DNA from: an uncultured bacterium
GTDB lineage: Bacteria; Patescibacteriota; Patescibacteriia; CAIQCM01
Direction of reading: 5' to 3'
NCBI GenBank assembly: GCA_963708045.1
Contig: OY970181.1
Location: forward strand, 845,537 to 885,565
DNA length: 40,029 nt
The notes under the pieces are model-generated. The model was not told where the DNA came from. It saw only the letters and a program-made list of their open reading frames with translations, and made no database searches. The stretch's first letter is position 1, and each line of letters begins with the position of its first letter. Shown piece after piece: positions 7,594 through 15,542 of the stretch. The position numbers were made by a program, and so were the translations under genes.

Positions 7594-9099
7594 ATGTCTG
7601 AAAAATTTTATATAACCACCCCGATATTTTACGTAAATGATGTGCCGCATGTTGGGCATCTTTACACGGGTCTTATTTGCGACGTTCTGGCTCGTTATCA
7701 CCGTTTGCGCGACGAGGATGTTTTTTTTCTGACTGGAACTGACGAACACGGTTCAAAAATCGCTCGCGCCGCGGAAAAAGCACACTTAACGCCGGGTGAA
7801 TTTACCGACAAGATCGCCGCCAGTTTTGAAATGCTGGATGATGCTTTTAATATTTCCAATGACGATTTTATTCGTACAACTGAGGAGCGGCACATTGTTG
7901 GCGCGCAGGCTTTTTGGCGCAAGGTGGCCGCCGCAGGGAAAATTTATAAAAAGAAATATTCTGGGCTTTATTGCGCCGGTTGTGAATCGTTTAAAACCGA
8001 AAAAGATTTAGTAGACGGCAAATGTCCTGACCACAATCTTGCTCCGGAAATGTTGGAGGAGGAAAATTATTTCTTCAAGCTAACCGATTATAAGGACGAG
8101 CTTTTGCGCCATTTTGCGAGTTCGCCTAACTTTGTCGTTCCGTCCGGTCGTTTTAACGAAGTCAAAGAATGGGTAAACGAACTTGAAGATGTTAGTATTT
8201 CTCGGTCAAGAAAAAATTTAAACTGGGGCATTCCCGTCCCGGGCGACCCTGACCAAGTTATGTACGTTTGGTTTGACGCGCTTACTAATTACATAACGGC
8301 GATCGGTTATCCTGACGAAGAAAAAATAAAAAAATATTGGCCAGCTGATGTTCATGTTATTGGCAAGGAGATTTCGCGTTTTCATGCCGTGCTTTGGCCA
8401 GCAATGCTTTGGGCAGCCGGCTTGAATATCCCGCGCCAAATTGCTGTTCACGGACATATTTCCGTTGATGGGCGAAAGATGGGAAAATCGCTCGGAAATG
8501 TCGTTAATCCTCATGACCTGATTGCCAAATATGGCGTTGAGCCGACGCGTTATTTCCTATTGCGCGAAGTGCCGTTTACAAGCGATGGCGATCTTTCGGC
8601 CGACCGAATTCGTGAGCGCTACACGGGCGACCTCGCGAATGGTGTTGGTAATTTAGTTTCGCGTGTGCTTGCGATGATTGAACAGTTTGAAAACGGCGTC
8701 ATTCCGCCAGTTGCTCCGGGCGAAATAGAAGCAACGTGGCACGCGTATGAAGAACATCTTCAAGAATATAATTTTCACTTGGCGCTTGCTGACGCATGGG
8801 ATGTTATTGCCAGTGCTGACAAACTTATAAATGACCGCAAACCGTGGGAGCTTGCAAAAACTAATCCGGCCGAGCTTTCCAAACTGCTTTACGTTTTAGC
8901 GGAAACAATTAGGCACGTCGCGCTCATGCTTTGGCCATTTTTGCCGGAAACCTCGGAAAAAATAATGGCGCGTCTTGGTTTGGAAAAAGAATTTCATAAA
9001 GAACCGCTTTCCGAACTCCAAAGCTGGGGTTTATTAAGACCGGGAACCAAGGTTTCCAAAGGCGAACCGCTCTTTCCACGGCTGGTAACTAAACCCTAA
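7594..9099 (+). CDS. metG: Methionine--tRNA ligase (short form, no C-terminal OB domain)
   Basis: Motifs ITTPIFYVN, HVGH (HIGH), GTDEHG, a Zn knuckle, YVWFDAL and KMGKS (KMSKS variant). Confidence 0.97.
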   Translation: MSEKFYITTPIFYVNDVPHVGHLYTGLICDVLARYHRLRDEDVFFLTGTDEHGSKIARAAEKAHLTPGEFTDKIAASFEMLDDAFNISNDDFIRTTEERHIVGAQAFWRKVAAAGKIYKKKYSGLYCAGCESFKTEKDLVDGKCPDHNLAPEMLEEENYFFKLTDYKDELLRHFASSPNFVVPSGRFNEVKEWVNELEDVSISRSRKNLNWGIPVPGDPDQVMYVWFDALTNYITAIGYPDEEKIKKYWPADVHVIGKEISRFHAVLWPAMLWAAGLNIPRQIAVHGHISVDGRKMGKSLGNVVNPHDLIAKYGVEPTRYFLLREVPFTSDGDLSADRIRERYTGDLANGVGNLVSRVLAMIEQFENGVIPPVAPGEIEATWHAYEEHLQEYNFHLALADAWDVIASADKLINDRKPWELAKTNPAELSKLLYVLAETIRHVALMLWPFLPETSEKIMARLGLEKEFHKEPLSELQSWGLLRPGTKVSKGEPLFPRLVTKP

Positions 9100-9116
9100 T
9101 TTCTAAACCCTAACCC
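9089..9116 (+). repeat. Tandem heptamer repeat (CTAANNN x4) spanning the metG stop codon
   Basis: CTAAACC CTAATTT CTAAACC CTAACCC. Confidence 0.65.
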
Positions 9117-9123
9117 CTTGGTT

Positions 9124-9630
9124 ATGTCTCCCCAAACTCTTAATACCGTCCTTCTCGTTATTGTCTTGATCTTTGTCGTGAATGGCTTTCTTCAGGGGCT
9201 TATTCATATGTTGGGGTCACTTTTGGGTTTGGTAATCGGCGTCTTTTTTGCCAGTCACTACAACGGCGCGCTTGGCGCTTGGCTTGGGGGGATGACGGGT
9301 TGGAGCGTTAATATTATGACAGTCGTCGCGTTCGTTGTGATTGTCCTTGTTACCGCTCGTGCTTTTGGCTTTCTTGTTCATTTTTTGGAAAAGACTTTCC
9401 GTATAATGAAAATACCACTTGTTGGTTTGGCCAACCGTCTAACCGGCGCGCTTCTTGGTTTTTTTGAAGGCGTTTTTGTTGTCGGCTCAACACTCATCAT
9501 TATAAATAGTTTAACTTTTGTTGGTGCTGATAAATGGATTGCCGCCTCAACGGTTGCCGTAAGTTTGATCGCTTCGTCAAAAATTTTATTGCCGCTTTTA
9601 CCAAAAACGATTTCTGATCTGTACCGCTAA
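9124..9630 (+). CDS. CvpA (colicin V production) family membrane protein
   Basis: Four TM segments with the family patterns GFLQGLI..L and NRLTGALLG. Confidence 0.8.
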   Translation: MSPQTLNTVLLVIVLIFVVNGFLQGLIHMLGSLLGLVIGVFFASHYNGALGAWLGGMTGWSVNIMTVVAFVVIVLVTARAFGFLVHFLEKTFRIMKIPLVGLANRLTGALLGFFEGVFVVGSTLIIINSLTFVGADKWIAASTVAVSLIASSKILLPLLPKTISDLYR

Positions 9631-10481
9631 TGCTTAAGTATTTTGATTCGCATTCTCATTTGCAATTTCCCGCTTACGACATTGATCGCGCTAAAGTCGT
9701 AGAGCGGATGAAAGAAAAAAGTGTCGGTACAATTATTGTCGGCACTAATTTTATTACCTCAGAGAAAGCTATCACCCTTAGCGCAGAGCTGGGCGAGAAT
9801 TTTTATTCATCAGTCGCGGTTCATCCCAGCCATGTTTTTAGTCCCCACTACGACAAAAACGAGTTAAACGAAGCGCCGTCTGAGGAAATGTTTGACGCGG
9901 CAGTTTTTTCTAAACTAATTATGCCGTCAAAAAAGGTTGTCGCGGTAGGGGAGTGTGGTTTGGATTATTTTCGCTTGGAAAACGACCTATCGTTTAAAGA
10001 AATTCGCAAGCGTCAGATAGAAAATTTTTTACGCCACATTGATTTTTCAAAAAATAATTCCTTGCCGCTCATTATTCATTCGCGCGCGGCGCATAAGGAT
10101 ACATTAGAAATTTTAAAAAGCGGTGACGCAAAGAACGCGCGCGGCGTCATGCATTGTTTTTCCGGAACAGCAGAAGAAGCTCGGCAATATCTTGAATTGG
10201 GATTCTATGTTTCAATTACCTGCGCTGTAACTTATGGTCCGCGTAAGGGTGAAACAGACAATCCGCTTCATGAGGTTGCAAAATTTATTCCTCTAGATCG
10301 TTTGCTTACCGAAACCGACGCACCATACCTTTCGCCACTCACTCTTCGCGGTCTGCGTAACGAACCAGCCAACGTCGTTTTGGCGGTAAAAAAAATCGCC
10401 GAACTTCGGTGTGTTGACGAGGAAAAGATTGCTGCGGTAACATACGAAAACGCGAGAAGGCTTTTTTGCCTTGCCGACTAA
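9630..10481 (+). CDS. tatD: TatD family deoxyribonuclease
   Basis: Motifs DSHSHL, VHP, VGECGLDY, IIHSR, VMHCFSG, ETDAPYL and RNEP. Confidence 0.93.
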   Translation: MLKYFDSHSHLQFPAYDIDRAKVVERMKEKSVGTIIVGTNFITSEKAITLSAELGENFYSSVAVHPSHVFSPHYDKNELNEAPSEEMFDAAVFSKLIMPSKKVVAVGECGLDYFRLENDLSFKEIRKRQIENFLRHIDFSKNNSLPLIIHSRAAHKDTLEILKSGDAKNARGVMHCFSGTAEEARQYLELGFYVSITCAVTYGPRKGETDNPLHEVAKFIPLDRLLTETDAPYLSPLTLRGLRNEPANVVLAVKKIAELRCVDEEKIAAVTYENARRLFCLAD

Positions 10482-10515
10482 TTTTTATCGTGATAATCTA
10501 TCCGCCTTAAACTCT

Positions 10516-12333
10516 ATGAAAGAAAAAATATTAGAATTCTTACAGTTTATCAGCCAGCCATTCGCCTGGATCATTCGTCTAATTGGACGATTGATTAAAA
10601 AACTTTTTAGTCCGAAAGCCAAGGGAAAGGTTGTCTGGGCAACGATTTTTATCATTATCTTGGGTCTTTTCGCGTCTTATTACGACTACCGTAAGCCGTT
10701 TAATACGGTTTTTAGTTCAATAAATAATGTCGCCGCCAAAACCCCATACACCTCGTGGATTAAATTACCAATTGGCCCCGAAGCAAATTACAAACTTGGT
10801 TTGGATCTTTTGGGTGGTTCGCATTTGCTTTATGAGGCGGATATGTCAAATATCGCCTCGGGTGATCAGACAAGCGCGCTTTCTGGTGTTCGCGACGTAA
10901 TTGAACGCCGGGTTAATGCTTTTGGCGTTTCCGAACCGCTTATTCAAACTAATTTGAGCGGCGGTCACTTCCGAATCATTGTTGAACTGGCGGGTATTAA
11001 AGACGTTAATCAGGCGATCAAAATGATCGGCGAAACGCCGACCTTAGATTTCCGCGAAAAAGATAAAAACGCCACACCGGACGCAGTTACCGTTTCTCCA
11101 GAAACAGCTCAATATAACGTTGAGGCAAAAAAACGCGCCGAAGACGTTCTTAAAAAAGTTCTTGCCAAAGGCGCCGATTTTACCGCGCTGGCTAAACAAT
11201 ATTCAGAAGACACTGGTTCAAAAGACCAAGGCGGCGCGCTTCCATTTTTTGGCGCCGGTGAAATGGTTCCAGAATTTGAAAAAGCCGTTTGGGACATGAA
11301 AGTCGGTACAATCTCCAAAACTCTCGTTCAGACGCAGTTTGGTTATCATATTGTTAAAAAAACCGGCGAACAAACTGTTGATGGTAAAAAACAAGTTAGC
11401 GCCAGCCACATTTTGATTCTAACAAAAACTGATTCCGATCCTAACCCGGGTTGGATTATGACCAAGCTTTCTGGTAAACAATTAAAAAAAGCTCAGGTTG
11501 TTTTTGATCCCCAGACTGGCGAACCAACGGTGCAACTGACGTTTAATAGCGAAGGCGATACTTTGTTTGCTGACATAACCGGACGAAACGTCGGTAATCA
11601 AGTGGGGATCTTTCTTGATAATCAACCAATCTCAACGCCAGTCGTTGAGGCTAAAATTACTGGCGGGACAGCGATTATCTCCGGTGGCTTCAGCGTTTCT
11701 GATGCCAAACTTTTGTCCCAACGCTTGAACGCTGGCGCGCTTCCTGTGCCAATCAAGCTCTTGAGCCAAGAAACCGTTGACGCGACGCTTGGCAGTGCGT
11801 CGCTTGAGCGATCGCTTTTCGCTGGTATTATTGGTTTACTGGCGGTCATTTTCTTCATGCTTGTTTTCTACCGTTTCCCAGGACTTTTGGCTTCACTCGC
11901 GCTCTGTATTTATACCGCGCTTGCGGTGGCGGTTTTCCGCATCTTTGGTATTACTATGACGCTTGCCGGTATTGCTGGGTTTATTTTGTCTATCGGTATG
12001 GCCGTTGACGCGAACGTGCTCATCTTTGAACGTTTAAAAGAAGAAATTAAAAACGGCCGCACAATTGCTGACGCGCTTCATGAAGGTTTTAAGCGTGCTT
12101 GGAATTCTATTCGCGACTCAAATGCTTCAACGCTTATTACTTGTGCCATCCTTTTCTGGTTCGGCACCTCAACTGTTCGCGGTTTTGCCTTAACACTTGC
12201 GATTGGTGTTCTTGTTTCATTATTCTCAGCAATAACGATTACGCGCACCTTGCTCAAGTTGACTGTTTCTGGGGTCTTTGAACGGCATCTTTGGCTTTTT
12301 GGTGGCCGATTAAAACGCAAGGAAAACAAATAA
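10516..12333 (+). CDS. secD: Protein translocase subunit SecD with an inserted parvulin-type PPIase domain
   Basis: SecD motifs LGLDLLGG, RRVNAFGVSEP, LNAGALPVP, GMAVDANVLIFER and DSNASTL. The parvulin segment lies at about 11116-11427. Start placed at ATG 10516. Confidence 0.95.
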   Translation: MKEKILEFLQFISQPFAWIIRLIGRLIKKLFSPKAKGKVVWATIFIIILGLFASYYDYRKPFNTVFSSINNVAAKTPYTSWIKLPIGPEANYKLGLDLLGGSHLLYEADMSNIASGDQTSALSGVRDVIERRVNAFGVSEPLIQTNLSGGHFRIIVELAGIKDVNQAIKMIGETPTLDFREKDKNATPDAVTVSPETAQYNVEAKKRAEDVLKKVLAKGADFTALAKQYSEDTGSKDQGGALPFFGAGEMVPEFEKAVWDMKVGTISKTLVQTQFGYHIVKKTGEQTVDGKKQVSASHILILTKTDSDPNPGWIMTKLSGKQLKKAQVVFDPQTGEPTVQLTFNSEGDTLFADITGRNVGNQVGIFLDNQPISTPVVEAKITGGTAIISGGFSVSDAKLLSQRLNAGALPVPIKLLSQETVDATLGSASLERSLFAGIIGLLAVIFFMLVFYRFPGLLASLALCIYTALAVAVFRIFGITMTLAGIAGFILSIGMAVDANVLIFERLKEEIKNGRTIADALHEGFKRAWNSIRDSNASTLITCAILFWFGTSTVRGFALTLAIGVLVSLFSAITITRTLLKLTVSGVFERHLWLFGGRLKRKENK

Positions 12334-12337
12334 TTTT

Positions 12338-13258
12338 ATGCTTCCCATTATCAAATTAAAAAATCTTTGGTTCACGATTTCCGGCATTCTTATCGTTGCT
12401 TCGGTGATTGCAGTTGCGATTTGGGGTCTTAAATTTGGCATTGATTTTACTGGTGGTTCTATTCAAGAGATTCAGTGGAATATTGCACGACCGGACTCCG
12501 CGGCTGTTTCGGCGATCTATAAAGAGCACGGTGTTTCGTCAATAGAGATTCAAAATTCAGGCACAAGCGAATCTTATGCTCGCTTCCAAAATATTGATGA
12601 AAACAAACATGCTGAAATTTTGAATGCTTTGCGCGAGAAGTTCGCCGATGCCAAGACTTCGGCCGACAAGGTTCTTACAGAAAAGAGTTTTTCCTCAATC
12701 GGACCATCGGTTGGCGGCGAAATGCAGAAAAAATCGCTTTACGCGATGGTAATGGTTTTGCTTGCAATTGTTATTTACATTGCTTGGGCGTTTCGTAAAG
12801 TCTCGCGACCGGTTGCTTCTTGGAAGTATGGTATTGCCGCGGTTATTGCCCTCTTGCACGATGTCTTTATTCCAATTGGTGTTTTTTCCGTTCTTGGGCA
12901 CTATCTTGGTTACGAAATTAATATTCTTTTCGTTACCGCGCTTCTAACGGTTCTTGGTTTTTCGGTTCATGATACGATTGTTGTCTTTGACCGAATTCGC
13001 GAAAACCTGCTTAAACGCAATGGTGAGTTTGAAGAGATTGTAAATTATTCAGTCACCCAGACAATGGCTCGTTCAATAAACACTTCGCTTACCGTAATGA
13101 TCGTTCTGCTTGCGGTTTACTTCTTTGGCGGTGTTTCGGTTCGCAATTTCGTTCTTACTTTGATCATTGGTGTTTTCTTTGGAACTTATTCTTCAATCTT
13201 TATTGCTTCACCGGTTCTTGTGGTTTGGCACAGGCTTGGACTTAAAAAGGGGAAATAG
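12338..13258 (+). CDS. secF: Protein translocase subunit SecF
   Basis: Motifs GIDFTGG, IGPSVG, ALLHD, GFSVHDTIVVFDRIRE and GTYSSIFIA. Confidence 0.97.
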   Translation: MLPIIKLKNLWFTISGILIVASVIAVAIWGLKFGIDFTGGSIQEIQWNIARPDSAAVSAIYKEHGVSSIEIQNSGTSESYARFQNIDENKHAEILNALREKFADAKTSADKVLTEKSFSSIGPSVGGEMQKKSLYAMVMVLLAIVIYIAWAFRKVSRPVASWKYGIAAVIALLHDVFIPIGVFSVLGHYLGYEINILFVTALLTVLGFSVHDTIVVFDRIRENLLKRNGEFEEIVNYSVTQTMARSINTSLTVMIVLLAVYFFGGVSVRNFVLTLIIGVFFGTYSSIFIASPVLVVWHRLGLKKGK

Positions 13259-13265
13259 ATTATCC

Positions 13266-13297
13266 AAAAACGCCTCGATGTCAATCGGGGCGTTTTT
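13266..13297 (+). terminator. Intrinsic terminator after secF
   Basis: AAAAACGCCTCGAT-GTCA-ATCGGGGCGTTTTT. Confidence 0.8.
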
Positions 13298-13428
13298 GTA
13301 TATCGGCAAGGTACTAGGTTTGACAAAACCATCATTTTGGTGTAGCAATAATATGTCACAAACAAACGTTTGTGATCCTTGGTCGCGAGGGATTTCGCGA
13401 TGTGTTCATTGAATTGGAGAGTGATAAG

Positions 13429-13890
13429 ATGGATAAGATGCTTACGGTAGAAAGAAAGTGCGAGATTGCCTATCTGGCCGCAATGTACCACAATCGGCAC
13501 AACGGAGTAACGCTTGGCCCAAACACGCTTCGCGAGATAGGAAACAAAGCAAAGGCTATCGATGTGCCATACGACGAAATGTTGGCATTGGCTAGAGAAA
13601 TGTTTCTTGATGTGAACAATGCTGTGTTCTCTGCTTCGGCGAGAAGGGAGTATGTTTTGCCATCATCCTATACTCAAAGAAAGGGCGAGATTGCCTATAA
13701 GGATCTACGACAAAGGTTTTTAGACGGTGGAGTAAAGCTCAATAAAGAATTTCGCAAGACTGTAGGGCATGTTGCTAGTGAAACCAGCATTCCCTTTGTG
13801 GAACTTATTGAAGTTCTTGAGGAAATAATTCGTTCCGTCGTTGACGAAATGTTTATCGGCAAAAACGATCAACCAACTTCGTCGCAATAG
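13429..13890 (+). CDS. Hypothetical protein made of two tandem ~65-aa helical repeats
   Basis: GGAG SD lies before ATG 13429. Internal repeat: RKCEIAY...GVTL...REIG..A..I.VP..E versus RKGEIAY...GVKL...KTVG..A....IP..E. TTGACA at 13320. Confidence 0.75.
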   Translation: MDKMLTVERKCEIAYLAAMYHNRHNGVTLGPNTLREIGNKAKAIDVPYDEMLALAREMFLDVNNAVFSASARREYVLPSSYTQRKGEIAYKDLRQRFLDGGVKLNKEFRKTVGHVASETSIPFVELIEVLEEIIRSVVDEMFIGKNDQPTSSQ

Positions 13891-13893
13891 TTC

Positions 13894-13981
13894 GTTCTGG
13901 TGTTCAAAGCTAGGGTGAGCCCAAACGGGTTCCTAAAAGGGTAATTGCTAACCCCGACAATTGTCGGACTGCTAGCAGAAC
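13894..13981 (+). ncRNA. Candidate structured RNA (closing stem plus three hairpins) in the 3' UTR
   Basis: Closing stem GTTCTG/CAGAAC enclosing TAG..GAGCCC-AAAC-GGGTTC-CTA, GGGT/ACCC and CGAC-AATT-GTCG. No known family was recognised. Confidence 0.3.
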
Positions 13982-14015
13982 AAGAACCTATCCCTGCTTC
14001 ATGAGCACGAGTTAC

Positions 14016-14050
14016 AGCCGCAGCATATCCTTACGGGTGCTGCGGTTTTT
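14016..14050 (+). terminator. Intrinsic terminator
   Basis: AGCCGCAGCAT...GTGCTGCGGTT followed by a T run. Confidence 0.8.
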
Positions 14051-14086
14051 ATATAAGCAGAGAAGATACAGATTATTGAGATTGGA

Positions 14087-14115
14087 TTGATTTTTTCATA
14101 AAAATGTGTTATTAT
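14087..14115 (+). promoter_or_regulatory. sigma70 promoter for the ATPase gene pair
   Basis: TTGATT-17 bp-TATTAT with a TG extension. Confidence 0.55.
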
Positions 14116-14136
14116 CCGATAAAGAATCCTTGCACG

Positions 14137-15540
14137 ATGTTTTTTCAAATTATCTTTGACGTCAATAGCTTGGTTGATCTCGGGTCGCGCAGTCCCTTTT
14201 ATATAATGTGGACGATCTTTATTTTGGGTGGCTGGATTCCTGTTGCCTTTGTTTTTATTTGGGGAATGAAGCGAATCTGGCTTGATTGGCGTCAAGATTT
14301 ATGGTCGGCAAAAAGAAAATACATCCTTCTTGCAATTGATGTTCCAAAAGAAAACGAACAACTCCCTAAAGCCGTGGAAAATATTTTTTCGCATATTTGG
14401 GGCGGCAAAGCCAGTATTGACTGGATTGAAAAATGGTGGAAAGGAAAAAAACAGCCGACTTTCGCCTTTGAAATTTGCTCACACGGCGGCTATGTTCAAT
14501 ACTACATTCGTTGTGAAGATCGTTTTCGCGATCTTGTGGAGGCAGCAGTTTTTTCTCAATACCCAGATGCAGAGATTAACGAAGTGGAAGATTACACTCT
14601 TCAATTTAAAGGAATTAAGTTTCCCAATAAAGAAGTTGATGTTTTTGGCTCAGAATTTGTTTTAAAAAAGGCATCATACTTGCCAATCAGGACATATTTG
14701 GATTTTGAAGAAAAACTTGCTGGTGAATTTAAAGATCCGCTTGGTACGCTTTTAGAGTCGTTGTCTAAAATGCGACCCGAGGAACAGCTTTGGATTCAAA
14801 TCATCGCTCGGCCGCTTGGAAATGAGTGGAAAGAAGATGGAGAAAAATATATTAAAAAAATCGCCGGCCTTAAGTCCGAAAGTAAACCCGGGGTTTTGGG
14901 AAAAATCGCCGGCGTGCCAATGGGGATACTTTCCGACGCGCTCGTTCATGGCAGTATTATGACGCCTGGTGAAGCAGGAGCAAAGAAAACCGACGACGCC
15001 GCCAAGTTTAGAATGCTGATGCTGACGCCAGACGTTAAGGCACAACTTGAAGGCGTGTCCGAAAAGATCGCCAAATCCGGCTTCCAGGCCAAGATTAGAG
15101 TTATATACTATGCGCCGCTCGCCGTTAAAAACGTTGGTCGTGTTTGGTCAACGGTTAAAGGATCACTGGCTCTTTTCTCGTCGCTTGGATCAAATTATTT
15201 TGGAATGTACAAACGTTGTTTGACCAAAGCTGATTATTTTTGGGAGCGAATTCTTTGGGTTAACGGGCGAAAAAGAAAATTACTTAACCGATATATAAAG
15301 CGGATGGGCGATGGCGCACCTTTTTCAGTTTTGAATATTGAAGAATTGGCGACAATTTATCACTTCCCAGTGATGACAGTAAAGGCGCCGCTTATTAAGA
15401 AAACCGAATCACGTCGTGCTGAGCCGCCGCCAAGACTCCCAGTTTCCAGTTTTAACCCGGGCGAAGGCGCACATAATACAGGCGACAGTCAAAAAGACGC
15501 GGGTGGTTATTCCTCGCCTCCTTCGTTGCCATTTGTATAA
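14137..15540 (+). CDS. Hypothetical membrane-anchored protein, probable partner of the VirD4-like ATPase
   Basis: N-terminal TM helix and motifs FAFEI, SQYPDAEINEVEDY, YLPIRTY, WIQI and LNIEELATIYHFP. From recall these resemble proteins found next to or fused to CPR T4SS-like ATPases (not checked by search). Confidence 0.75.
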   Translation: MFFQIIFDVNSLVDLGSRSPFYIMWTIFILGGWIPVAFVFIWGMKRIWLDWRQDLWSAKRKYILLAIDVPKENEQLPKAVENIFSHIWGGKASIDWIEKWWKGKKQPTFAFEICSHGGYVQYYIRCEDRFRDLVEAAVFSQYPDAEINEVEDYTLQFKGIKFPNKEVDVFGSEFVLKKASYLPIRTYLDFEEKLAGEFKDPLGTLLESLSKMRPEEQLWIQIIARPLGNEWKEDGEKYIKKIAGLKSESKPGVLGKIAGVPMGILSDALVHGSIMTPGEAGAKKTDDAAKFRMLMLTPDVKAQLEGVSEKIAKSGFQAKIRVIYYAPLAVKNVGRVWSTVKGSLALFSSLGSNYFGMYKRCLTKADYFWERILWVNGRKRKLLNRYIKRMGDGAPFSVLNIEELATIYHFPVMTVKAPLIKKTESRRAEPPPRLPVSSFNPGEGAHNTGDSQKDAGGYSSPPSLPFV

Positions 15541-15542
15541 AT

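Noticed and set aside
13894-13981. Possible tRNA gene (cloverleaf-like)
   Set aside because: No TTCGA T-loop, D-loop pattern or 7-bp acceptor stem on either strand. Kept only as an unclassified structure.
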